A program made the translations under genes and the position numbers. DNA of 35,649 nt from Candidatus Subterrananammoxibius californiae (lineage in GTDB: Bacteria; Planctomycetota; Brocadiia; Brocadiales; Subterrananammoxibiaceae), in assembly GCA_030586555.1 (NCBI GenBank), contig JAURAC010000016.1:37961-73609 (forward strand), written 5' to 3'. Shown here piece by piece: positions 8,018-17,527 of the stretch (position 1 is the first letter of the stretch; the number at the start of each line of letters is the position of its first letter). Under the pieces are notes generated by a model. It worked only from the letters and a program-made list of their open reading frames with translations. It was not told the DNA's origin and did not search any database.

Positions 8018-9337
8018 CCCTAATCCAAGGTGTTTAACTGAATACTCCAGCCTTTTAAGGGTCTTTTCTTTGCCGAGGAGCTCCATCGTCTCAAAGATGC
8101 CTGCGCTGACGCTTTTTCCAGTAATTGCAACCCTCAAGGGCTGGGCAAGCTTGCCAAAGCCTATCTTGTATTTTTCTGTCAGGGTTCTGAGGCAAGCCTC
8201 AAGTTTTTCAATCTCGAAACCATCAAGTTTTGACAATTCTGCGTATGTTTCCTTGAGTAAATTGGAAACCCCATCTTTTTTGACAAACTTTTCAACCGCC
8301 GCTTTGTCATATTCCACATCGTCAAAGAAAAATACCCGTGTCTGAACGACAAAATCCTCCAAGGTCTTAAATCTTTCGTGATATAGTTCCACAAGCTTTT
8401 TAAGCCATGGCATAGAAAGTTTTGTTGTATCAATACCTGCCTTTGTTAAGAACGGTTTAAGTTTTTCAATAAGGGCTTCAGCAGACGTATGCTTAATATA
8501 GTGACTATTCATCCAATCTAATTTTGTAGTATTAAACCGTGCAGGGGTTGTGCCTACACGTTCGATGGAGAACTTCTCAATCATTTCATCCCTCGTGAGG
8601 AATTCCTGGTTACCGCCCGGCGACCAGCCGAGCAGGGCAATAAAGTTTATGACGGCTTCTGGCAGATAGCCCTTCTCACGGTATTCTGTAACGGATGTTG
8701 CCCCATGTCTCTTGCTGAGACGGGTCCCATCTTCACCAAGAATCATAGGAATGTGTCCGAACTTCGGCAATTCAAATCCGAGGGCATAATAAAGGGCAAC
8801 CTGTTTGGGTGTGTTTGAGATGTGGTCATCGCCACGGATTACGTGGGTGATTCCCATTGTGCAGTCGTCAACCACACAAGCAAAATTATAGGTGGGGAAT
8901 CCGTCTGCCTTTAGTATTACGAAGTCCTCTATTAAGGAAGCGTCGAACGTTATCTTCCCATGAATCAGGTCATTAATCTCCGTAACGCCCTCTGCCATTT
9001 TAAAGCGCACAGCCCTTCCCTTTTCAGCATCCTCGGAATAATATGCCTTGCCCTCTTTGAGGAGTTTTTCAACGTGCTCTTTATAAATATCAAGCCTTTT
9101 GCTTTGAAAGTGAGGTCCCTCATCCCAGTCGAGACCGAGCCACGCCATACTTTCAAGGATTGATTCTACCGCCTCATCCGTAGAGCGCGCCCTGTCTGTA
9201 TCCTCTAACCGGAGGATGAATTTAGCCTTATGATGTCTTGCAAAGAGCCAGTTATAGAGGGCGGTTCGAGCGCCGCCAATATGGAGAAAGCCCGTTGGGC
9301 TTGGGGGAAATCTTACACGAATAGAATCATTTGCCAT
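7997..9337 (-). CDS. gltX: Glutamate--tRNA ligase
   Basis: RFPPSPTGFLHIGG (HIGH), IRGDDH, RLSKR (KMSKS-like). Confidence 0.95.
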   Translation of the reverse strand: MANDSIRVRFPPSPTGFLHIGGARTALYNWLFARHHKAKFILRLEDTDRARSTDEAVESILESMAWLGLDWDEGPHFQSKRLDIYKEHVEKLLKEGKAYYSEDAEKGRAVRFKMAEGVTEINDLIHGKITFDASLIEDFVILKADGFPTYNFACVVDDCTMGITHVIRGDDHISNTPKQVALYYALGFELPKFGHIPMILGEDGTRLSKRHGATSVTEYREKGYLPEAVINFIALLGWSPGGNQEFLTRDEMIEKFSIERVGTTPARFNTTKLDWMNSHYIKHTSAEALIEKLKPFLTKAGIDTTKLSMPWLKKLVELYHERFKTLEDFVVQTRVFFFDDVEYDKAAVEKFVKKDGVSNLLKETYAELSKLDGFEIEKLEACLRTLTEKYKIGFGKLAQPLRVAITGKSVSAGIFETMELLGKEKTLKRLEYSVKHLGLGGTHPIF

Positions 9338-9488
9338 ATATTTTTCCGTTTTACTTTTACCTTTCTCCCTTCTTACTTCAACGTAAAACGGGAGACGTTA
9401 GATGTAAGATGACAGAATCATAAACACACTTATAATAGTACCGTAATCGGAGATGGAGTTCAAGCATTTTTAGAAAATCCACTCGCGC

Positions 9489-11555
9489 TTAGCCTATGCT
9501 TATCAGATTTAACCTGCCCTTAAATCGTTCAATGACCGTTTCTTTTATAAACCGATTCTTTTCCTGCTCCAATCGCCCATCGTTTTTAACTATACTAAAG
9601 GCATCATCGCGTGCCAACTTTAAAAGCGGGTAATCGCCTATCAAGTCGCCAATCTTCAATTCCGGGAGTCCGTGTTGCCGTGTGCCAAAGAACTCACCTG
9701 GACCACGAATCTGGAGGTCTTCTTCAGCTATGCGAAATCCATCGTTGGTTTGCGTCATAATCTGAAGCCTTTTACGTGCTTCAGGGGTTCTGGGATTGCC
9801 GAAGAGCAGGCAGTAAGATTTGTGGGGACCTCGTCCAATGCGCCCCCGTAACTGATGAAGCTGGGCAAGACCGAAACGCTCTGCGTGTTCAATGACCATT
9901 ATCGTTGCGTTAGGCACATCAATCCCCACCTCAATTACAATGGTTGAGACTAATATGTCGTACCTTCTTTCCCTGAAATCCTTCATGATTCTATCTTTAT
10001 CCTGTTGTTTCATCTGTCCATGTAGGAGTCCCACCTTAAATTTAGGGAAAACAATATCTTGAAGTTTCTTTGCGCCTTCTGTTGCCGATTTGAGGTCCAG
10101 TTTTTCAGATTCTTTTACGAGTGGGTATATCACAAAGGCTTGTCTACCCTGGTTAAGTTCGTTGCGGATGAATTCGTAAGCCTCGGCTAAATGTTTCTCC
10201 GAATGCAAGCGTGTCTCAACCGGTGTTCTGCCGGGTGGTATCTCATTGAGGATTGAGATGTCGAGGTCTCCAAATATTGTTAAGGAGAGGGTTCTTGGGA
10301 TAGGCGTGGCGGTCATCACAAGTACATCGGGTCTACAGCCCTTCATACGCAGATTTGCTCGCTGAATAACGCCAAACTTATGCTGTTCATCCACGACCAC
10401 CAGACCTAACTTTTTAAATTTAACGTCTTTCATAATCAACGCATGTGTTCCTACCACGAGGTCTATTTCGCCGTGATTAATCTTACCGATATTTTCTTTC
10501 CTCATTGCAGTTGGCGAACCGCCGGTTAGAAGTAGTATTTTTACTCTGGCGTGAGATAAATATCTCAGGAGTGTCTGGTAGTGTTGTTCTGCAAGGATTT
10601 CGGTGGGTGCCATAAGCGCCGTCTGAAATCCATTTGCAATAGCGGCAAGCAGGGCATAAATCGCAACTGCCGTCTTTCCGGAACCCACATCCCCTTGCAA
10701 GAGGCGATTCATGGGTTTTTCACTACGCATATCATCTCGAATCTCACCGATTACCCATTTTTGTCCATTTGTAAGGCTAAAGGGAAAGAGTCGAAGTATA
10801 TGGCTTTCAACATTTTGCCCAATTTTAAAGGCATAGCCTGTTCCTTCCTTAATTCCACGCCTGCGGAGCGCCATTGCCACCTCCAGTAGGAAGAACTCAT
10901 CATAAGACAAACGCCTCCGAGCCATTTTTAAATGCTCCAATGACTCAGGAAAATGGATGTTTTTTAAGGCATCCGTGACGGAGCATAATTGGCGTTTTGC
11001 AAGGAATTCCTCATCGAGCATCTCTTTTACAGAACCCACGTATTCGTCTACAGCATTCTTAGTGAGGTTACGAAACAGTGCCTGTGTGAGATATTCCGTA
11101 AGTGGATAAATGGGTACAATGCCTTCATTCATCAAAGGGTCGTCAGTAATTAACTCAAACTCTGGATTTGCAATCTGCAAACATTTATAAAATCTGACCC
11201 TGCCGTAAAATATAAATTCATCTCCTACGTGAAACTTCTTTTTAAGGAATGGCTGGTTAAACCATATCCCCTGGACCGTTCCCGTATTATCATTAAGGTA
11301 AACCTCAAGCACATGCTTGCCACTGCGGGCGTAATATGAGTTAATGTCTATCACACGACCTTTTACTGTTGCAACAGTATTGACTGGAATATTTGAGATG
11401 TTCAAGATGTTAGACCTGTCCTGATAATCCCTGGGAAAGTAATAAAGCAGGTCATATATGGTTTGAATGCCAAGGCGCTTGAGCAGGGCAAAGCGGCGTG
11501 GACCGACACCTTTGAGGTATTGGACGTTCTTTAGCAGAGATTCGTTGTTGTCCAT
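9489..11555 (-). CDS. recG: ATP-dependent DNA helicase RecG
   Basis: LLQGDVGSGKT, DEQH, MTATPIPRTL, QLHQLRGRIGRG; wedge/OB N-terminus. Confidence 0.97.
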   Translation of the reverse strand: MDNNESLLKNVQYLKGVGPRRFALLKRLGIQTIYDLLYYFPRDYQDRSNILNISNIPVNTVATVKGRVIDINSYYARSGKHVLEVYLNDNTGTVQGIWFNQPFLKKKFHVGDEFIFYGRVRFYKCLQIANPEFELITDDPLMNEGIVPIYPLTEYLTQALFRNLTKNAVDEYVGSVKEMLDEEFLAKRQLCSVTDALKNIHFPESLEHLKMARRRLSYDEFFLLEVAMALRRRGIKEGTGYAFKIGQNVESHILRLFPFSLTNGQKWVIGEIRDDMRSEKPMNRLLQGDVGSGKTAVAIYALLAAIANGFQTALMAPTEILAEQHYQTLLRYLSHARVKILLLTGGSPTAMRKENIGKINHGEIDLVVGTHALIMKDVKFKKLGLVVVDEQHKFGVIQRANLRMKGCRPDVLVMTATPIPRTLSLTIFGDLDISILNEIPPGRTPVETRLHSEKHLAEAYEFIRNELNQGRQAFVIYPLVKESEKLDLKSATEGAKKLQDIVFPKFKVGLLHGQMKQQDKDRIMKDFRERRYDILVSTIVIEVGIDVPNATIMVIEHAERFGLAQLHQLRGRIGRGPHKSYCLLFGNPRTPEARKRLQIMTQTNDGFRIAEEDLQIRGPGEFFGTRQHGLPELKIGDLIGDYPLLKLARDDAFSIVKNDGRLEQEKNRFIKETVIERFKGRLNLISIG

Positions 11556-11590
11556 TCAAATAGAAGTAGAATTAAGAAATTAAAAATTTG

Positions 11591-11650
11591 AAAAAATAGG
11601 GACTCATCCTATTTATCAATAGGTATAAATGGGATGTGTCCCTATTTTTT
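11591..11650. repeat. GGGACTCATCC/GGATGTGTCCC inverted repeat between aspS and recG
   Basis: AAAAAATAGGGACTCATCCTATTT ... AAATGGGATGTGTCCCTATTTTTT. Confidence 0.8.
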
Positions 11651-11701
11651 CAAAACCTTGTGTTTACCGGGTATCTTAAACTTTTTAAGGTAAGCCAGGT
11701 C

Positions 11702-13468
11702 TTACTTAATTGCTATACCGAGTTCCTTAAGTTGCTGTCCATCAACCTCAGACGGGGCGTTGGTCATGAGGCAGGTAGCCCTCTGGGTTTTTGGGAAGGC
11801 AATTACCTCGCGAATATCATCAAGCCCAAGAAGTAGCGCAGTAAAACGGTCCAGCCCAAGCGCTATCCCGCCATGTGGAGGGGCGCCGTATTTCAAGGCA
11901 TCTAACAGGAACCCAAATTTCTTCTGTGCGCTAACATCATCAATATTAAGTAAACGGAAGACCCGCTTCTGCACCTCGGTATCGTGGATTCTGATGCTGC
12001 CGCCGCCGAGTTCTATGCCGTTAAGGACGATGTCATACGCCCTTGCCTTGACCATCAGGGGCTTTTCTTCTAATATTGACAGATGCTCTGGTTTAGGGGA
12101 GGTGAAGGGATGATGCAGTGAGTCGTACCTGCCAAGTTCCTCATTAAATTCAAGTAGAGGAAAATCCACTACCCAGGAAAAGTTGAACGCATCTTTTTTC
12201 ATCAGACCGAGCCTTCGTCCGAGGTTGAGTCTAAGCTGTGCCAATGATTGTCTTACAACACTTGCTTTGTCGGCAACGAATAACAGCAAATCACCCGGCT
12301 TTACCTCCATCCTGTTTTTAATATTTGTCTGTAATTCCTGTGTGAAAAATTTTGCAATGGGTGACGACAATCCGTTTTCTTCAACCTTAAACCATGCCAG
12401 CCCTTTTGCGCCGAATTGACCCACAAGTGCAGTAAGCTCGTCAATCTCTTTTCTTGAAAAGCCGGCACAGCCTGTGGCATTTATTCCTCTTACAAGTCCT
12501 CCGGATTGCGCAACGTCCTTAAATACCTTGAAATCGGTTTGCTTTCCTATATCGGTTATATCCTTTATGGTCATCCCGAATCTTAAATCAGGGGCATCGC
12601 AGCCGTACAATGCCATAGCGTCATCGTATGTAATGCGGGGGAAAGGCGTTTTCAGCCTCTTACCCATGAGCTTATCAAATATCTCTACGAGAAGGGATTC
12701 GATGATGTTTATAATGTCATTCTCGTCTACAAAGGACATTTCTAAGTCAAGCTGAGTGAACTCCGGCTGACGCTGTGACCTGAGGTCTTCGTCCCTGAAG
12801 CATCTGACAATCTGAAAGTAGCGGTCAAACCCGGCTATCATAAGTATCTGCTTGAAAAGCTGAGGCGATTGTGGAAGGGCATAAAAATTCCCAGGGTTAA
12901 TCCTGCTTGGCACGAGGTAGTCCCTTGCGCCCTCTGGCGTACTCTTTGTAAGAAATGGGGTTTCTATATCCACAAAATTGTTTTTATCGAGAAATTGCCT
13001 GATTATCTGGCATAGCTTGTGGCGAAAGAGGAGATGCTTCTGCATCTCGCCACGCCTGAGGTCAAGGTATCTGTGCTTTAGTCTTAGTTCTAATGAAACG
13101 TCGGTATTACTTGTTATTTCAAATGGTGTAAGTTCTGCCCTGTTTAATATCTCCATCTCGTTGACGAGCAGTTCTATTTCGCCGGTTTGAAGATTAGGAT
13201 TTGCCGTGCCGGCTGGTCTTTCAGTAACCTTTCCTTTAACGGCAATTACATATTCGGACCTTAACTCACTTGCATGCTTATGAAGTTCGGTACCACCGTA
13301 ATCGGGATTAAAAACAATCTGTGTAATGCCGTATCTATCCCGCAAATCAATAAATATAAGCCCCCCGTGGTCCCTTCTGCTATCAACCCATCCTGCCAGC
13401 ACAACTTCAATGCCTGCATCACTCTTACGTAGTTCACCACAAGTATGGGTTCGTTTTAGGTTAGACAT
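11702..13468 (-). CDS. aspS: Aspartate--tRNA ligase
   Basis: RTHTCGELR, RRDHGG, YALPQSPQLFKQ, FRDED, GGGSIRIH, PPHGGIALGLDR. Confidence 0.97.
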   Translation of the reverse strand: MSNLKRTHTCGELRKSDAGIEVVLAGWVDSRRDHGGLIFIDLRDRYGITQIVFNPDYGGTELHKHASELRSEYVIAVKGKVTERPAGTANPNLQTGEIELLVNEMEILNRAELTPFEITSNTDVSLELRLKHRYLDLRRGEMQKHLLFRHKLCQIIRQFLDKNNFVDIETPFLTKSTPEGARDYLVPSRINPGNFYALPQSPQLFKQILMIAGFDRYFQIVRCFRDEDLRSQRQPEFTQLDLEMSFVDENDIINIIESLLVEIFDKLMGKRLKTPFPRITYDDAMALYGCDAPDLRFGMTIKDITDIGKQTDFKVFKDVAQSGGLVRGINATGCAGFSRKEIDELTALVGQFGAKGLAWFKVEENGLSSPIAKFFTQELQTNIKNRMEVKPGDLLLFVADKASVVRQSLAQLRLNLGRRLGLMKKDAFNFSWVVDFPLLEFNEELGRYDSLHHPFTSPKPEHLSILEEKPLMVKARAYDIVLNGIELGGGSIRIHDTEVQKRVFRLLNIDDVSAQKKFGFLLDALKYGAPPHGGIALGLDRFTALLLGLDDIREVIAFPKTQRATCLMTNAPSEVDGQQLKELGIAIK

Positions 13469-13562
13469 TAATCTTTCTCCTCCATCGGATAGGTAATTGG
13501 TGATTGGCTATAGGCAATAGGTCATAGGTAAACACATAGCCCGTAGTCTATTGCGCATCACC

Positions 13563-13835
13563 TCACCGCTTTACTTCTTCCTCTACCCTTTCTACTAAGA
13601 ATGTCTTCAATAGGGACTGATAAGGAATGTCCCTTTTGTTGGCTAAGACCTTTAGATGCTCAATAAGGGATTCCGGAAGCCTGAGGGAGATGGTTCTGGT
13701 GGAGGGTTTCAAGTTTGGGAATAATACACTTTTTGCCCTTGAGTAATCTACATATTCCGTTGAATCATGAGCTGACCAGAACTCAAACTCTTCCTTCTCA
13801 CTTTTAAATTTAGGCACCTTTTTCAATCTGCTCAT
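13563..13835 (-). CDS. BrnA/CopG-type antitoxin
   Basis: PKFKSEKEEFEFW..HDSTEY, ISLRLP...IPYQSL RHH motif; overlaps the toxin gene. Confidence 0.85.
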   Translation of the reverse strand: MSRLKKVPKFKSEKEEFEFWSAHDSTEYVDYSRAKSVLFPNLKPSTRTISLRLPESLIEHLKVLANKRDIPYQSLLKTFLVERVEEEVKR

Positions 13836-14118
13836 AGTATAGTCTCCTCTCTTTCCTGTTCGTATCCCTTGCGGAGATGACCCTTATTTTATTTCCTCTT
13901 ATTGTAAAAACCACAAAGAGCAGTCGCCCTTCATCGGTCTTACCCAACACATAATAACGAGCCTCTGCTTTAGAATGAGGCTCATCTTCCTTGACAACAA
14001 TGGGTTTATTAAAAAAGACTTCTTCACATTCAATAAAACTAACCTTGTGTTTTCCCCAATTTTTCTCAATGTTTCCTTTATTCCACTCAAACCCTTCGAC
14101 ACGTGATAATATATCCAT
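13810..14118 (-). CDS. brnT: BrnT family toxin
   Basis: FEW..GN..KN..KH.V, E.R...G, LFVVFT.R...IRVISAR. Confidence 0.9.
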   Translation of the reverse strand: MDILSRVEGFEWNKGNIEKNWGKHKVSFIECEEVFFNKPIVVKEDEPHSKAEARYYVLGKTDEGRLLFVVFTIRGNKIRVISARDTNRKERRLYYEQIEKGA

Positions 14119-14170
14119 TTGTTAATACTTATTTTGTATATATTCATTATATACAAATGAATTTGGAGCT

Positions 14171-15454
14171 TCAAGTCTTTAATGCATCCATTATATCTGC
14201 CTGTTCAACAAGCCTTTCCTCACCTGTCTGCATGTCCTTTATCTTTACTATGCCTTTTGATAGCTCATCTGGTCCTATGACGAGGACGTATTTCGTGTTA
14301 AGCTTGTTGGCAGTTCTCATCTGCGCCTTTGGGCTGCGCCCTTCGTAGTCTAAGTCGGCAGAAATACCTGAAGCCCTTAATTTATTCAAAAGCGAGAAGC
14401 ACCTCGTCTTTGTTTCATCGCCAATGGATACAATGTAGACCATAGGCGCAGGTAGAGACGCAACGCATTGCATCTCTACATTGGTTGTGTTTTGTATGGC
14501 AAGCATTGTTGCCTCCATGCCGGCAGCAAAGCCGACCGCACCCGTAGGTGGTCCACCAATATCAGAGATAAGATTATCATAGCGACCGCCAGCGCAGATT
14601 GTGTCCCTTGCGCCAAGTGAAGGGTGCGTTATCTCATAAACGGTCTTTGTGTAATAATCAAGACCCCTGACAAGATGTGGGTCAACAACGAACGGGATAT
14701 CAATATCTGTAAGGGCATTTTTGACGATGCCAAAATGGGATTTGCATTCCGCACATAGATATTCATCAATGGGCGGCATCTTGTAGCAAATCTCCTTGCA
14801 ACTTTCTTGCTTGCAGTCAAGCACCCTGAAGACGTTTCTATCAAGGCGCACCTGACAGTTTTCACAGAGACCACTTTTGTAACCATTAAGGTTTTCCCTG
14901 AGCACCTTGCGATAGCCTGGCCTGCAGTTCTCACAACCGATAGAGTTCAGTTTTACCTTGTAGCCTTTAAGTCCAAGCCTATTATAGAGGCGGACGGCTA
15001 CATCTATTGTTTCAGCATCAAGTAATGGGTCATAAGCCCCGACCGCCTCGATACCCATCTGGTGGAACTGTCTGAGGCGCCCTGCCTGTGGGCGCTCCTT
15101 GCGAAACAGGGGACCTATATAGTAAAATTTTTGAAACTTCTTTGTCTTATACAGCTCGTACTCGATATAGGCGCGCATTACTGGCGCTGTATATTCAGGT
15201 CGAAGGGTTATACTTGAGTCCTCGCTATCCATGAAGGTGTACATCTCCTTCTCTACGATGTCGGTTGTCTCACCGATACTGCGCACAAAGAGTCGTGTAT
15301 CCTCGAAGATGGGTGTGCGAATCTCATAATATCCGCTCAGCTCGAATTCCTCTCTTGCGGCTGCCTCCATCTTCCGCCAGAGATGCCAGTTTTCAGGAAG
15401 CACATCCTCCACGCCTCTTGGCGCTCTCAATATCTGTTCTTTGTTCTTTTCCAT
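14171..15454 (-). CDS. hisS: Histidine--tRNA ligase; start reassigned to ATG 15454
   Basis: KEMYTF, LRPEYTA, FRKERPQAGRLRQFHQ, VRGLDYYT, GGRYD. Confidence 0.97.
   Translation of the reverse strand: MEKNKEQILRAPRGVEDVLPENWHLWRKMEAAAREEFELSGYYEIRTPIFEDTRLFVRSIGETTDIVEKEMYTFMDSEDSSITLRPEYTAPVMRAYIEYELYKTKKFQKFYYIGPLFRKERPQAGRLRQFHQMGIEAVGAYDPLLDAETIDVAVRLYNRLGLKGYKVKLNSIGCENCRPGYRKVLRENLNGYKSGLCENCQVRLDRNVFRVLDCKQESCKEICYKMPPIDEYLCAECKSHFGIVKNALTDIDIPFVVDPHLVRGLDYYTKTVYEITHPSLGARDTICAGGRYDNLISDIGGPPTGAVGFAAGMEATMLAIQNTTNVEMQCVASLPAPMVYIVSIGDETKTRCFSLLNKLRASGISADLDYEGRSPKAQMRTANKLNTKYVLVIGPDELSKGIVKIKDMQTGEERLVEQADIMDALKT
14452..14479. repeat. GTAGAGACGCA-type REP in frame within hisS (VEMQCVASL)
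   Basis: GTAGAGACGCAACGCATTGCATCTCTAC; perfect sibling at 34022. Confidence 0.85.
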
Positions 15455-15674
15455 CGGGTATATTTTAACCTTATAGGTGGGGTAAATCAATAATAATATA
15501 AAAGGCGAAGTAATGGGTAATAGGTGATAGGTTATGGGTTAATCACTTAATACCCATTACCTTACTACTTTTTGCCGTTGGCAAGGTAACGCATAAATAG
15601 GAGAGAAAAATCCCTTAGCAACCACAAAGGGCTTATGCTATAATTTGACCATTCGAGATGCCTCAAATAGAACT

Positions 15675-16397
15675 ATGGGTATGAAAAAAGCGATTGTTAT
15701 TGGAGCCTCTTCAGGAATTGGAAGAGAATTGGCAAAGGTATTATCCCAGAACAATTATATTGTAGGATTGGTTGGGAGAAGAACTGAGTTACTATCTGAA
15801 CTTCAAAGAGAGATTCCTACCAAAACGTATACTAAACGTATTGATGTTGCCAGGACAACAGAAGCTATAAATCTTTTAGAAGAGCTTATTCAAGAAATGG
15901 GGGGTATGGATGTAATTATTCTTAGTTCGGGGGTCGGATTTATAAATCCTGATTTGATTTGGGAACAGGAGAAAGAGACAATCGATATTAATGTCTCAGG
16001 TTTTGTAGCCGTGGCGAATGTCGTGTTTAAACATTTTTGTAAACAAGGCTCAGGGCAGATTGTGGGCATGTCATCTATTGCTGCTATTAGAGGTAATTGC
16101 GATTCCCCGGCGTACAATGCATCAAAAGCTTTTGTATCTAATTATCTGGAAGGATTAAGACAAAAGGTAAGTAAGTTGAGGCTTTCAATCGCAGTTACAG
16201 ACATACAACCTGGTTTTGTTGATACTGCAATGGCAAAAGGAAATGGGCTATTCTGGGTTGCACCCAAAGAGAAGGCAGCCTGGCAAATATTTAGAGCCAT
16301 TAAGAGTAAAAAGAAACATGCCTACATTACAAAGCGATGGCGAATAATAGCATGGTTGCTTAAGATTATGCCTGACTGGGTGTATAACAGATTGTAA
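15675..16397 (+). CDS. Short-chain dehydrogenase/reductase (SDR)
   Basis: GASSGIG, YNASK, PGFVDT; start near MGMKK. Confidence 0.9.
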   Translation: MGMKKAIVIGASSGIGRELAKVLSQNNYIVGLVGRRTELLSELQREIPTKTYTKRIDVARTTEAINLLEELIQEMGGMDVIILSSGVGFINPDLIWEQEKETIDINVSGFVAVANVVFKHFCKQGSGQIVGMSSIAAIRGNCDSPAYNASKAFVSNYLEGLRQKVSKLRLSIAVTDIQPGFVDTAMAKGNGLFWVAPKEKAAWQIFRAIKSKKKHAYITKRWRIIAWLLKIMPDWVYNRL

Positions 16398-16674
16398 AAT
16401 TACTCCGCGCAAGGAAACTGTAGTAAAAGCACTTAAAAGGAGCTTTTATTAAAATTATGATTTTATGACGTATTGATATGAGTATAGTCAGAGATTTGGG
16501 CCGTCTGAGGCGGAAGTGATAAGTGTGTAGAAACTTTGTTTTCCTTTGCGTACTTTGCGTGAAATTTTGTTCCTTGCAAAGGCGCAGCGTACGCAAAGTA
16601 GAAAGGGGGTTAGAAGTTGAACGGACGCGCTTCTCTTTTGATGGGCAATCTTTTGGGGGGAAAGGTAAATAGAT

Positions 16675-16806
16675 ATGAATGATACAAGCCCTTTAATTGA
16701 ATCAATTTTTCTTGAAATGATGATGAGAAAAAGCGGGCAGGAGTTTTCCCCTGAAGAACGGCAGAAAATACTGCGTAAATTAGACTACCGTCAAAACGTT
16801 AAATAA
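16675..16806 (+). pseudogene. 43-aa ORF MNDTSPLIESIFLEMMMRKSGQEFSPEERQKILRK..., probable internally deleted small TA-associated protein
   Basis: Not in the ORF track. Its ends resemble a recurrent MNDTSP...FSPEER hypothetical family with the middle missing (recalled, not searched). Confidence 0.4.
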
Positions 16807-16853
16807 AGGCTTGTCCTCGTGAAAACGGGGGTTGGAACCCATAAGCGTATGAT

Positions 16854-17111
16854 TCAAGGATTCCTTAAAATATCATGCGTGCCCACCCTTCTAAGAATAC
16901 AAATATCCTTTTCGATTTGGAAGGTAAAACGGTAAGATTCAGTCACTCTTGCTTCCCAAATCTCTCGCGGGTCATTCATCTTTTTTGTATTTAATGAAGG
17001 GTGTTGAAAGTTGGACAACAAAAGACCTATCTGTTTATCTACAGCCTTCTGGATTTGTCTTGGTAGCTTTTTGTACTGTCTGGCAAAAGGTTTCGTGATT
17101 AGATATTTCAT
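16854..17111 (-). CDS. RelE/ParE-superfamily toxin
   Basis: F..QYKKLP..IQ, HPSL..KK, IWEARV...YR.TF, VGTHD. Confidence 0.82.
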   Translation of the reverse strand: MKYLITKPFARQYKKLPRQIQKAVDKQIGLLLSNFQHPSLNTKKMNDPREIWEARVTESYRFTFQIEKDICILRRVGTHDILRNP

Positions 17112-17401
17112 GCCTTAAATTTCTTAAGAGCCATTATAGCGTCCTTGGCATTATCAAAGGGTCCCAAGACCTCACCTTTGGCAATAGCCTCATCTGCCTC
17201 CGCCTCTCCTTCTTGCCATTCCGGGGTATAGAAATAAGCCTGCGCCGGGTGAATAATCTTCACTGGTTTTAAAACCAGACTGTCCTTTTTTTGCTCTATT
17301 TCTACATAATCCCCAACAGCTAACCTGAACTTCTTACGAAGTGTTTGTGGGATTGTGAGCTGAAAGTTTTTTTTGATTTTAGCTATAGGCATTATAACCA
17401 C
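17108..17401 (-). CDS. AbrB/MazE/SpoVT family antitoxin
   Basis: QLTIPQ.LR......[18 protein letters not shown] overlap with the toxin. Confidence 0.85.
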   Translation of the reverse strand: MVIMPIAKIKKNFQLTIPQTLRKKFRLAVGDYVEIEQKKDSLVLKPVKIIHPAQAYFYTPEWQEGEAEADEAIAKGEVLGPFDNAKDAIMALKKFKA

Positions 17402-17420
17402 TCCTTCACGGTTCTTTAAA

Positions 17421-17475
17421 ATTTAGAAATTTATAATTTCATAAATATAATATTCTCAAATTAGCTCCTTGTCAA
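17421..17475 (-). promoter_or_regulatory. Sigma-70 promoter plus palindromic operator of the AbrB-RelE operon
   Basis: TTGACA-N17-TATTAT (17475-17447); palindrome ATTTAGAAATT-TAT-AATTTCATAAAT at 17421-17446. Confidence 0.6.
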
Positions 17476-17527
17476 GTAAATAAATTATGTCTTTTTTAGC
17501 CCATTCCTGAACCTGTCAGGAACAGGT

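Noticed and set aside
14740..14940. Cys clusters in HisS as heme-binding or novel motifs
   Set aside because: No CxxCH; this Cys-rich insertion domain is common in bacterial HisRS
16808..16845. tRNA fragment (GGGGTTGGAACCC resembles a T-arm)
   Set aside because: No cloverleaf can be built; better explained as a small palindrome (CCTCGTGAAAACGGGG)
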